Source of the DNA: an uncultured Bacilli bacterium | GTDB lineage: Bacteria > Bacillota_I > Bacilli_A > RF39 > UBA660 | DNA: 50,955 nt | Assembly: GCA_947627635.1 (NCBI GenBank) | Contig: CANQWT010000003.1 | Span: 1 to 50,955 of the forward strand | Direction: 5' to 3' | In this document: in pieces, positions 1 through 8,864 of the stretch | How the letters are laid out: each line of letters opens with the position of its first letter | Position numbering within the stretch: the stretch's first letter is position 1 | Notes under the pieces: generated by a model | What the model saw: only the letters and a program-made list of their open reading frames with translations | What the model was told of the DNA's origin: nothing | The model's database searches: none | Made by a program: the position numbers and the translations under genes

Positions 1-444
1 TAGATACTTACTCCAGTAAAACTCATCTAATGTTCCTATTCTTCCTTCTTTTATACTTCCATCATTTCCTTTTAACTGATACTTTAAGTAGTATGTATTT
101 AACTCTCCACTTTCTTCTGTTAGATATAAACTATAATATGCTCCTATTGTTCCTGCATTTTTTGTAACTGTGAATGTATATGGTTTACTCATCTTCCCTT
201 CTTCATCACTCATTGTTCCTAAGGCATCTACTTTGATATATTCTCCATCTTCCATATCTACTTTAAATTCTTCTGTTTCAAGAGATACTTTCTTTTTTCC
301 TTCTACCATGATACTAAATAGAGCATAACTTGTTCCTATAAATATTGTTAGTCCTATTAGTATTAAAATACTCATTAGAACTATACTTCTTTTTACTCTT
401 TTATTACTTTCTTCTTTTGTCTTTGCTTCTTTATATTTCTTCAT
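1..444 (-). CDS. Secreted/surface protein with SipW-class-like signal peptide, N-terminal part only (runs off the window edge; not in ORF track)
   Basis: Manual translation from ATG at 444: MKKYKEAKTKEESNKRVKRSIVLMSILILIGLTIFIGTSYALFSIMVEG...GTMSDEEGKMSKPYTFTVTKN..., open to position 1. Basic N-region, hydrophobic stretch, GTSYALF resembling the SipW-cognate GTxAxF motif. SD-like AGGATGG and TATAAT at 465-470 upstream. Confidence 0.75.
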   Translation of the reverse strand, partial: MKKYKEAKTKEESNKRVKRSIVLMSILILIGLTIFIGTSYALFSIMVEGKKKVSLETEEFKVDMEDGEYIKVDALGTMSDEEGKMSKPYTFTVTKNAGTIGAYYSLYLTEESGELNTYYLKYQLKGNDGSIKEGRIGTLDEFYWSKYL

Positions 445-592
445 TCTGACACCATCCTAGTGTCATTATATCTTATTAAAAGTACCCCCCCCGATTTATG
501 ATTTTTTCGCATATATTTTTTCAAAAATTTTTTGTTGTTTCTGTAAAAGAAACAATAGTATAATAGTTTTAAGAAAGAGAGAGAAAAAAATT

Positions 593-1135
593 ATGGAAGT
601 AGGAAAACATTATCCCATTAAGTATGCGGTACTAGAACTTACTGAGCCTGGTGGATGGCTCAATCACTATGAAGATATCACAAGAGGATATATTGCCTCA
701 AAATGTTATGTCTTAGAATCCACTATCAAATATTCTATGAATGGAGTTAATCACATTAGTCATAAAGTCATTTTTCCTTTCACGGATATTCAAGCTTTTA
801 AGTCATTTTTGCAAAAAGGTACTCCTGATATCGGTAGGTCTCAACTACATTATAATCTTGCTTCAAAACCTAGAATTGTTCATGGGTTATTTGATAATTA
901 TAGTGATGTGAAAAGAAATGCAAATTATGAAAACGAGCATTTAAAGCAAAGAATATTAAGTGATATTTCATATCCTATTACATCACCAAAGTTTAAACAA
1001 TTATCGATACAAGAAAAGAAGAAACTCTTAGAAGAACAAACTATCTGTAATTATTTTGAACAACTGATAGAATTAGAAACACAAGAACTTGAAGTCACTC
1101 CTAAAGAAGACTTTAAAAAACTCTATAAATATTAA
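593..1135 (+). CDS. Hypothetical protein (180 aa)
   Basis: Only credible plus-strand ORF; TATAAT at 559-564, purine-rich leader, convergent hairpin directly after the stop. Confidence 0.7.
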   Translation: MEVGKHYPIKYAVLELTEPGGWLNHYEDITRGYIASKCYVLESTIKYSMNGVNHISHKVIFPFTDIQAFKSFLQKGTPDIGRSQLHYNLASKPRIVHGLFDNYSDVKRNANYENEHLKQRILSDISYPITSPKFKQLSIQEKKKLLEEQTICNYFEQLIELETQELEVTPKEDFKKLYKY

Positions 1136-1138
1136 AAA

Positions 1139-1180
1139 GAAAAGTGATAAAAGCTTTTATCAAGCAATTACCACTTTTTC
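1139..1180. terminator. Bidirectional intrinsic terminator between the hypothetical gene and aspS
   Basis: AAAAGTGATAA...TTACCACTTTTT outer stem; contains the perfect 18-bp palindrome TGATAAAAGCTTTTATCA (1145-1162). Confidence 0.6.
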
Positions 1181-2491
1181 TTATGGGTTTAATCTTGTTG
1201 GTCCACGATAGATGAACGTTGCTTCTCTAATGTTATCAATTTCAAAAATTTGCATCATCAATCTTGCAAGTCCAAAACCAAATCCACCATGTGGAGGACA
1301 ACCATATTTAAAGAAATCTAAGTAAAAAGCAAAATCTTTAGGGTCAAGTTCTTTTTCTATCATTTGTTGTTCTAGAATATCTCTTCGATGTTCTCTTTGA
1401 GCTCCTGTTGTAATTTCAAGTCCTTTAAAGAGTAAGTCATAACTATCACTATAGCCTTCACTATCTTTCATATGATAGAAAGGTCTTGCTTCAAAAGGCC
1501 ATTTCGTAATAAAGACAAAGTCACTATTATACTTTTCTTTAACATATTTACAAATCAGTTCTTCTTCTTTTCGCTCTAAATCATTCTTACGTTCTCCTAC
1601 AAATCCATACTTTTCTTTGATGATTTCTTTAGCTTCCAACAATGGAATTCTTGGGAATTTTGGAGTTGCATCGCTGATTTCAATTCCCATTTTTTCTTGA
1701 ATTTCATCTCCCATTTTTTCTTTTAAAGTTTTAAAAACATAACGAAGCCAGTCTTCTTCCATATCCATAACATCACTACATGACGTAATCCAAGAAATCT
1801 CAGCATCAATCATTTGAATTTCTGTAGCATGGTATGAAGTATGAGAGTTTTCAGCACGAAAGGCAGGTGCAATTTCAAAAACTTTACCAAAATTCGCAGC
1901 CATAGCCATTTGTTTATAAAATTGTGGAGATTGAGAAAGACATGCAGGAGTTCCAAAATAATCTAAATGAAAGACTTCTGCGCCACTTTCTGCTGCTTGG
2001 GCACAAATTTTAGGACTATTGATTTCAATAAAACCATGGTCAAACCAATAATTTCTCATTGCATTTAAAATCAAAGTCTGAGCACGGAATAATAAGTTAT
2101 TCTCATCTCTTCTAAGGTCTAAAAGACGATAGTCAAGTCGGGTCTCCCTGAGAGCAGCATCTTTATTTTTGATATCAATTGGAAGTTCTAATGGTGCTGT
2201 TGATGTGACTTCAATCTTTTTAGGAAGAAGTTCCATTCCTCTCAATTTTACTTTTGGACTATCTAGTAAAGTTCCCTCTACTAATACTGTACTTTCTAAA
2301 GTTAAGTTACTGATAATCTCAACAAGGGCTTGATTTTCCTCATTCTTTTCAACGGTCATTTGAACCTTTCCAGTCTCATCTTTCAAAATAACAAACTGAA
2401 CATACTGTAAGTCTCGGATATTGTCGACAAAACCTTGAACGGTTAAGTCTTCTCCTTTATGATTTTCTAATTCTTGAATTGTAATTCTCAT
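1181..2491 (-). CDS. aspS: Aspartate--tRNA ligase, short archaeal/non-discriminating type
   Basis: 436 aa; OB-fold N-terminus, QSPQFYKQ, FRAE (motif 2), GAQREH, PPHGGFGFGLAR (motif 3); too short to hold the GAD insertion of ~590-aa bacterial AspRS. Confidence 0.93.
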   Translation of the reverse strand: MRITIQELENHKGEDLTVQGFVDNIRDLQYVQFVILKDETGKVQMTVEKNEENQALVEIISNLTLESTVLVEGTLLDSPKVKLRGMELLPKKIEVTSTAPLELPIDIKNKDAALRETRLDYRLLDLRRDENNLLFRAQTLILNAMRNYWFDHGFIEINSPKICAQAAESGAEVFHLDYFGTPACLSQSPQFYKQMAMAANFGKVFEIAPAFRAENSHTSYHATEIQMIDAEISWITSCSDVMDMEEDWLRYVFKTLKEKMGDEIQEKMGIEISDATPKFPRIPLLEAKEIIKEKYGFVGERKNDLERKEEELICKYVKEKYNSDFVFITKWPFEARPFYHMKDSEGYSDSYDLLFKGLEITTGAQREHRRDILEQQMIEKELDPKDFAFYLDFFKYGCPPHGGFGFGLARLMMQIFEIDNIREATFIYRGPTRLNP

Positions 2492-3807
2492 TCTTCTTCC
2501 TCCTCATGATGATGGCAACAACTACACTCTTCCTCTTCTTCATGGAAATTTGGAAGTTGCTCATCTAAATAATAAATTAAAGTATCTAAGCTTACAAGCT
2601 CTTCTTCTTTGGTATGATTATTTTTAACTTTTACTTCATTGTTATCTAACTCTTCACTATTTAAAATGATTAAGAAAGCTGCATGTAATCTATCTGCTTG
2701 TTTGAATTGAGCTTTTAAGCTTCTTCCTAGATACTCAGTTTCTACTTTAAATCCTGCAAGTCGTAATTCTTGAGCAAGATAAATTGCATATTTTTTCTCA
2801 TCTTCATTGACATATAAAAGATAAGCATCAATTGCATCTTCTTCTACTTCAATTTGCTCTTCCTGCATCGCAAGAGCAACTCTTCCAATACCTGATGCAA
2901 AACCAACACATGGTGTTTCTGGCCCTCCGAGTAATGAAACTAAACCATTATAACGTCCCCCTGCACCGATTGCTAATTCTTTCCCATCAATTTTGGCAAT
3001 AAATTCAAAGACTGTGTGATTATAATAATCAAGTCCCCTTACGATAGTTGAATCAATTTCATAAGGAATTCCTAAAATATCTAGGCCATCACAAACCTCT
3101 TGAAAATGTTTTTTACTCTCATCATTTAAGTAATCAAGGGTCTTAGGAGCATCTTTTAAAATTGGATTTTCTTGGTCTACTTTACAGTCTAAAATTCGAA
3201 GTGGATTTTCTAAAAGACGAGCTTTACAGTCTTCACAGAAAGTATCAATGTGTGGCTTCAAGTAATCGATTAAGACCTTCCGATACTCTAATCTTGAAGA
3301 AGTATCACCTAAAGTATTGATTTTGACCTTTACATTTTTAAGACCTAGTAGTTGATAGACTTGATACCCAAAGGAAATGATTTCTACATCAGAAATTGCA
3401 TCATTACTTCCTAAAAGTTCAAGGCCAAATTGAGTAAGTTCTCTATCTCTTCCTGACTGTGGTCTTTCATAACGATACATGGTTCCACTATAGTAAAACT
3501 TTACTGGTTGTGTTGCATCTCCATACATTTTATTTTCAATGTAGGCTCTTACAACTCCTGCAGTTCCTTCTGGTCTTAAGGTAATATTTCTATCTCCTTT
3601 ATCTTTAAAGTCATACATTTCTTTTTTGACAACATCAGTAGTTTCTCCCATTCCTCTATGGAAAAGTTCACTTGCTTCAAAAATAGGGGTACGTATAAAA
3701 TCATAGTGATACACTTCAGCAAGCATACTTACAACTTCATTGATTTTTTGAAAGTATCTTCCCTCTTTTCCATAAATGTCATAACATCCTTTTGGTTTTG
3801 TAATCAT
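2488..3807 (-). CDS. hisS: Histidine--tRNA ligase
   Basis: KPKG, LRPEGTA, YRYERPQSGR, VRGLDYY, GGRYNGL motifs; stop overlaps the aspS start (ATGA). Confidence 0.97.
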   Translation of the reverse strand: MITKPKGCYDIYGKEGRYFQKINEVVSMLAEVYHYDFIRTPIFEASELFHRGMGETTDVVKKEMYDFKDKGDRNITLRPEGTAGVVRAYIENKMYGDATQPVKFYYSGTMYRYERPQSGRDRELTQFGLELLGSNDAISDVEIISFGYQVYQLLGLKNVKVKINTLGDTSSRLEYRKVLIDYLKPHIDTFCEDCKARLLENPLRILDCKVDQENPILKDAPKTLDYLNDESKKHFQEVCDGLDILGIPYEIDSTIVRGLDYYNHTVFEFIAKIDGKELAIGAGGRYNGLVSLLGGPETPCVGFASGIGRVALAMQEEQIEVEEDAIDAYLLYVNEDEKKYAIYLAQELRLAGFKVETEYLGRSLKAQFKQADRLHAAFLIILNSEELDNNEVKVKNNHTKEEELVSLDTLIYYLDEQLPNFHEEEEECSCCHHHEEEEE

Positions 3808-4020
3808 AAATCCTCCTTCACAATAAAAGCACCATTTTTTAAAGGACGAACTAAGGCTTTAGTCCGTGGTGCCACCTTATTTGCTTCTTATTCTTTGATA
3901 TCGCAATACTTCTTGCGCTTCTTGGATTTTAGGGTGTCTTTCAAAAAGGACTTTTATTCGTTTTCACCATTTTCGAACTCTCTTAAAAAAGCATCTTTTT
4001 TACTCTTCCCTCAAGAAGAT
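3808..4020 (-). ncRNA. T-box riboswitch of hisS-aspS, probable Asp (GAC) specifier
   Basis: Minus strand: AGGG-AAGAGTA...AGAGA...GGTGAAA...GAAA-GAC-A-CCCT (Stem I/specifier loop, GAC at 3936-3938); T-box AAGGTGGCACCACG...TTCGTCCTTT at 3841-3878. Confidence 0.88.
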
Positions 4021-4059
4021 AATAGTTATTATATAGGAAAAGTTTTTCTTTTTCAAGTA

Positions 4060-6417
4060 TTAGGCTGCAACTTTTCCACTTGGTATTTGAATTTGTTCAA
4101 GACTACTTTTGGTTGGAACTTGATAAGCTTCATGCATGAATTGGTCACGTAAGGAAGCAAGTGCATTCTTTACTTTTTCAGCAAACATTGGATTTCCTTT
4201 TTCATAGTCTTGTAAGACTGTTTGGAATAATGGCTCATCTTGTTTTTCTGGAACTAAGTAGCGACCATCGAAGTTTTTACTAAGAGCTTGAAGCATCGTA
4301 TCATCTGACAAAATGTTTTTAACAAGTCTATTTCCATCAAATTGTTCTTCTAATACTTCTTGTCCAACCATACTGAATAGGTTTTCAATGCCTACTCCAA
4401 AGGAAGGATTTTTCTTTCGTTGTTCATTAAAGGTTGCATAATCTTTTACTGCTTGATTTAGCATTTGATAGAAGTACTCATTCCTATCTACTTTGGATGC
4501 TAATTCTCTAGCATGATATTTGGAAGTAAAGCCACCTGGGTTTCCTTCTTTTAAATAAGCCATTTTTGCATTTGTTCCTTGACCTGGGTTTTGTGTTTGA
4601 TAGACGGTGTTGGTAATTTGAGTTGCTTCTTCTAAATCTAGGTAAAGATTTAAGTCTTCATAAAGATTGTCTTCTTCTCTTTTACTGACACTTCCACTTT
4701 CTACTTCAGGAAGTGGAGAAAGATATGCTTGACGTCTAGTATCTAGATATTTTTCCATTTTATCATAGTTTGTTTCTTGAATTGGTCCTGGTTCTGGTAT
4801 CGCAGGAGGAGGGGTTTCGCTTTCTTCCTGTTTGTTTTCTTCTTGTTGAGGTGAATTTACTGAAACAGGTTCAGGGATAGTTTGAGTTGGGAAAGAAACT
4901 TCTGCTGTTGGGCTCGCAGTCTGAACGACTGGAATTGCAATTTGGTCATGAGTTTCTACTGCTTCTTGCGGTACTTCAATAGCTTTAGTAGTTTGTGCCT
5001 CTAGTGTGTTTTCTTCTACTTTTTTCTCTTCATTTGTTACTGGAATAGAAGGATGAGGATTTTCTTTCGCTTCGGTCATGGCAATTTCTTGCATTTCATG
5101 TCCCATTGGTGTACCAATTTTTTCCATTCTTAAGAGATAATCTTCTTCTTTAATTGGATAAAGTGTTTGTAAAATATCCTTAGTCATTACATCGTTTTCG
5201 ATTTTACTATTTCCTAAGACAGACACAACTAACTGTTCTACATTTCCTTTTGTAACTTCTTGTGAAGTTGCTTCATTAGAATAGAAAGTTGAAGCATCAT
5301 TTTCCCCTACTAGAACTAATTCTGATAAGCGTTTTGCATAGTCTAGATAAGGTCGTAATACACTATTTTCAATAAAGTTTAAGGTGTTTGTATATTGATT
5401 GATTTCTTCTGTTTTTTCTTTTGTCATCTTGTCTTGATTGGATACTTTCTGATAACGAACATATTCATTAAAGATATAATAAACTTGTAAACAGAAGACA
5501 ATCGTTTCTAAATTTTGTTTCCAAGCTTCTTTGGTTTGTTCATTTGAAAGTTGAGCATTTTCTTCAAAGTTTTTATAAATCTCATCAACTTGTTCTTTAC
5601 TTTCTACTACAGCAAAATAATATTTGCCATTTTCTAGTGTATATTTAACATAAATTTTACCATTTTCTTCAATGGTTTGATAATTTACAATTTTATCATT
5701 CATTTTATCTAACAGCTTGATATTTTCTGCATCTTCCTTTGTTTCCTCAGGAATTTGTGGTGTTTGTTTCTTTTCTATTTCTAAGATAGGAGTTGCATTT
5801 GTTTTCCACTGTTTTAATAAAGCTACTTCTTGTTCTAAACCATTTAAAGTATGAATATCTTCTTCCATTGCTTTGACATAAAGTCCGGCTAAAGTTTGGA
5901 CAATTTGTTTTTCATCATCAGTTTTTGCTGTTTCTATATAAGCATTCACTTTGCCAACTAGTTCTTCTACTTCTTTTAAGAGTACTTCTCTTTCTTCAAT
6001 TAAGGAAATACTTTGCTTAACACTTGTAATCATTTCATTTTTGGTTTGATTATAATATTCAGAAACAGTAGCATTTAAAGTTTCTAGAGTGTTTATAATA
6101 GTTTGTTCATCTTCGATTTTTCGTGCTTGATTTAATTGATCAATATAAGTTTGTTGATGTTTACTAATATCTTCTATTAAATCTTTTAAATAAGGATGAT
6201 TACTACGTAACGTTAACTGACTTAAGAAGCCAATTAAAGTATTCACTTGGTTCATCAATATTGTCTTTTGGTCTTCTTCTTTTGCTGTATCACTTTCTTC
6301 AAGAAATTGGTCGACACGTATCAGTTCTTCTTTGATTTCGTCACTTGGTTCAAAATTGATATCTTCTTTTTGAATATTTTGAAGTACATATTGATCAAAC
6401 TTGTCCATAGAAAACAC
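4060..6417 (-). CDS. Hypothetical protein (785 aa), coiled-coil N-terminal half, Pro/Glu-rich linker
   Basis: Long ORF with SD AGGAGG and extended -10 TGATATAAT upstream (about 6436-6444); no recognised domain. Confidence 0.85.
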   Translation of the reverse strand: MFSMDKFDQYVLQNIQKEDINFEPSDEIKEELIRVDQFLEESDTAKEEDQKTILMNQVNTLIGFLSQLTLRSNHPYLKDLIEDISKHQQTYIDQLNQARKIEDEQTIINTLETLNATVSEYYNQTKNEMITSVKQSISLIEEREVLLKEVEELVGKVNAYIETAKTDDEKQIVQTLAGLYVKAMEEDIHTLNGLEQEVALLKQWKTNATPILEIEKKQTPQIPEETKEDAENIKLLDKMNDKIVNYQTIEENGKIYVKYTLENGKYYFAVVESKEQVDEIYKNFEENAQLSNEQTKEAWKQNLETIVFCLQVYYIFNEYVRYQKVSNQDKMTKEKTEEINQYTNTLNFIENSVLRPYLDYAKRLSELVLVGENDASTFYSNEATSQEVTKGNVEQLVVSVLGNSKIENDVMTKDILQTLYPIKEEDYLLRMEKIGTPMGHEMQEIAMTEAKENPHPSIPVTNEEKKVEENTLEAQTTKAIEVPQEAVETHDQIAIPVVQTASPTAEVSFPTQTIPEPVSVNSPQQEENKQEESETPPPAIPEPGPIQETNYDKMEKYLDTRRQAYLSPLPEVESGSVSKREEDNLYEDLNLYLDLEEATQITNTVYQTQNPGQGTNAKMAYLKEGNPGGFTSKYHARELASKVDRNEYFYQMLNQAVKDYATFNEQRKKNPSFGVGIENLFSMVGQEVLEEQFDGNRLVKNILSDDTMLQALSKNFDGRYLVPEKQDEPLFQTVLQDYEKGNPMFAEKVKNALASLRDQFMHEAYQVPTKSSLEQIQIPSGKVAA

Positions 6418-6487
6418 CCTCCTACTCTAACCTAATTATATCACAGATTTTGGATTTGACTAGAGGGATTTGTAAAATAAGACACAC

Positions 6488-6514
6488 AAAAAGTAAGGAT
6501 TTAGTCCTTACTTT
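6488..6514 (-). terminator. Intrinsic terminator after the 776-aa gene
   Basis: AAAGTAAGGA-TTTAG-TCCTTACTTT 10-bp stem with U-run on the minus strand. Confidence 0.8.
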
Positions 6515-6521
6515 AAAATGT

Positions 6522-8852
6522 TTATTTTTGTAAAGTTTGTCCTGCCTCTTCAACTGGTACTTCAGCCATTTGTTCAACAACTTCATCTACGCTTTGTCCA
6601 TTCATCATTGCAACAATTGCTTCTTTTTCAGCATCAGAGATTTCATAGTAATCTAATGAATAATTAGGATTAGCAGCTTCTGCGGCAGCTACTTCAACAG
6701 AACTTGCTTCTTCAACTGGAACCTCATATACAGGCTCAGCTACAGCAACAGGTTCAACAGAAGCAGGTGCAACTTCTTCTACTGAAGCGGATGTTTCTGC
6801 TGGTACTTCAAAAGAATACTCAATTGGAACTTCACCTTCAACAATTGTTCCTGATTGGTCAGATGTTGCTGGTGGAAGTTCAGGTTGTGCTTCTGTACTT
6901 TCGCTATGAGTACTTTCATAATACTCATTAGGGTCTGGAAGTGGAGTTGAAGGATCAACTGCTCCCGTTCCATCTGTTGTTGGATCTTTTACAGCATTTC
7001 CATCAACTGGTTCATCTTGAGTACCACCATCAGGTACTTGACCTTGTTCGATTTGTTCTTCAGCCTTTTTATTTTCAGATTCAACTTGTTGATCAATCTC
7101 TTGTTTCTTTTCATCTTCAACTTTTTGATCTTGAGCAACAGCTTCATCTGCTTTTTTCTCAGCCTCTTCTTTATTTTGTTCGTTTTCTTTATTTAAGTCT
7201 TCTTCGATTTGTTGAATTTGTTTATCAGCTTGTTTTTTCTCCTTAGGAGTTAAATCTTCTTCTTTGACCTTTTTCTTAGTTTTCTTCTTCTTAACAGTTG
7301 TTTCTGTGTAAGTATCTTGGTTTTCGCTACCTCCACTGTTTCCACTATAGCTTTCTTCACTTGATTCATGATATTCTTCTTCACTTGCATAAATATCCCA
7401 AGTTACAGAGTTTGCTAAAGCTTCTTGAACTTCTGTTAAGTATTCTACTTTATAACGATTTTTATTGTCGCTATCTTTTAATAATCCAACTGTAGATAAA
7501 TATTCACGTGATGCACGAATTAACTCATCATAATCAGCATAAGATTCATTAGATTGATATGATACTTGGCTAAGTCTTGCTTCTTGTGAGGCAATGTTTT
7601 CAGCCATTGTCCATTCATAGATATGACAATAGATACCATCTACAAAGTTCTTTTCATAAAGTTCATCATAGAAATGAGTTCCATCATCCATTAACACATT
7701 ACGATATTCTTCATGAATAGAATCGAAAATTGGTTTAGCTACTAAAACATAATCAGGTAAATTTAAACTTACAAAGTTTTCATAAGTTGGCTCTAATTGA
7801 GCAGCTTCTTCCATTTTATATGAAGTCATAAAGATTTGATGAAGTTCATTCAGATATTTTCTTTGTCCTTCAATATCACCACGTTCTTTAGCATCTCTTA
7901 AAGCAGAGTGTAAGCTATCAACCTTAGTAATATATTCAATTCCTTCTTCATCAGTAACATAATTTAAGATTCCTACATCTTCTTGACTTCCTTTTACTAA
8001 GTAAGCATGATGCATTTGTGTCATCCATTGTTGCCAATATTTATAATATTCTAAGACACTAATGTTAGAATCATTCATAAATGTTTGATACTCTTCAGGT
8101 GTAAAGTTAGCACCTAAAATGTAAGCTGATGCGAATTCTTCAGGACTAATTCCGAATTGAACAAGTGGTTCTGTATGTCCATCAGGGAAAACAACGTTTT
8201 CTTCATAATGTTTGCTTGCGAATTGTTGATTAAATGTAGTCATTGTTTTTGCAAGTGCAGACATAAATTGTTTTTGAACATCAATTGCTTTGGCTTGTAC
8301 AGCTTCCCATAAAGTTGTTGCAGTATTAGCAGTATTGTCAATCACTTCAATTGGGTTTTCCATATCGATATCACTTTCAGTTGTAGCTTCAGGTGTTACT
8401 GGAACATCTTTCTTATGACTGAAATGGCTCACAAGTCCAATAATTGAACCACCAATAAGTAAACCTGATGCAAGTAATAATCCATACATTGCTTTATTAT
8501 GTTTAAAATTGCTAATAGCTCCAACTGGTTCTTCCTCTTTTTCAGCTTTTAAACGGTTATGAATTGCTAATTTTGTATTGGTTGTTTCTTCAACCATTTG
8601 GTCTAAATTCTTATTTAAGGCAAAAGTTGGGTCATTATCAATTGTTCCATCTTCTAAAGATGCTGGTGTATAACCTTTTACATCTTTTAAATATTTTTTA
8701 AGATATGGATAAGCTTCTTTTTCAGGTAAAATTACTTCTTCTACTCTTCCATCGCTATCTAAAGTATTAAGAATAAATTTGCAAGACCATTTTCCTGTTC
8801 CATCATAGTAAGTGATGATTTTTTCAACATTATTGAAATCAAATAGATCCAT
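6522..8852 (-). CDS. Hypothetical single-pass membrane protein (776 aa) with acidic, low-complexity C-terminus
   Basis: Hydrophobic helix AMYGLLLASGLLIGGSIIGLV near aa 121-142; SD GGAGG; K/E/Q-rich coiled region, then E/V/P/A-rich tail. Confidence 0.88.
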   Translation of the reverse strand: MDLFDFNNVEKIITYYDGTGKWSCKFILNTLDSDGRVEEVILPEKEAYPYLKKYLKDVKGYTPASLEDGTIDNDPTFALNKNLDQMVEETTNTKLAIHNRLKAEKEEEPVGAISNFKHNKAMYGLLLASGLLIGGSIIGLVSHFSHKKDVPVTPEATTESDIDMENPIEVIDNTANTATTLWEAVQAKAIDVQKQFMSALAKTMTTFNQQFASKHYEENVVFPDGHTEPLVQFGISPEEFASAYILGANFTPEEYQTFMNDSNISVLEYYKYWQQWMTQMHHAYLVKGSQEDVGILNYVTDEEGIEYITKVDSLHSALRDAKERGDIEGQRKYLNELHQIFMTSYKMEEAAQLEPTYENFVSLNLPDYVLVAKPIFDSIHEEYRNVLMDDGTHFYDELYEKNFVDGIYCHIYEWTMAENIASQEARLSQVSYQSNESYADYDELIRASREYLSTVGLLKDSDNKNRYKVEYLTEVQEALANSVTWDIYASEEEYHESSEESYSGNSGGSENQDTYTETTVKKKKTKKKVKEEDLTPKEKKQADKQIQQIEEDLNKENEQNKEEAEKKADEAVAQDQKVEDEKKQEIDQQVESENKKAEEQIEQGQVPDGGTQDEPVDGNAVKDPTTDGTGAVDPSTPLPDPNEYYESTHSESTEAQPELPPATSDQSGTIVEGEVPIEYSFEVPAETSASVEEVAPASVEPVAVAEPVYEVPVEEASSVEVAAAEAANPNYSLDYYEISDAEKEAIVAMMNGQSVDEVVEQMAEVPVEEAGQTLQK

Positions 8853-8864
8853 TTTTTATCCCTC

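Noticed and set aside
3658-4152. 164-aa plus-strand ORF
   Set aside because: Antisense to hisS, its T-box and the 785-aa gene; no credible RBS or domain.
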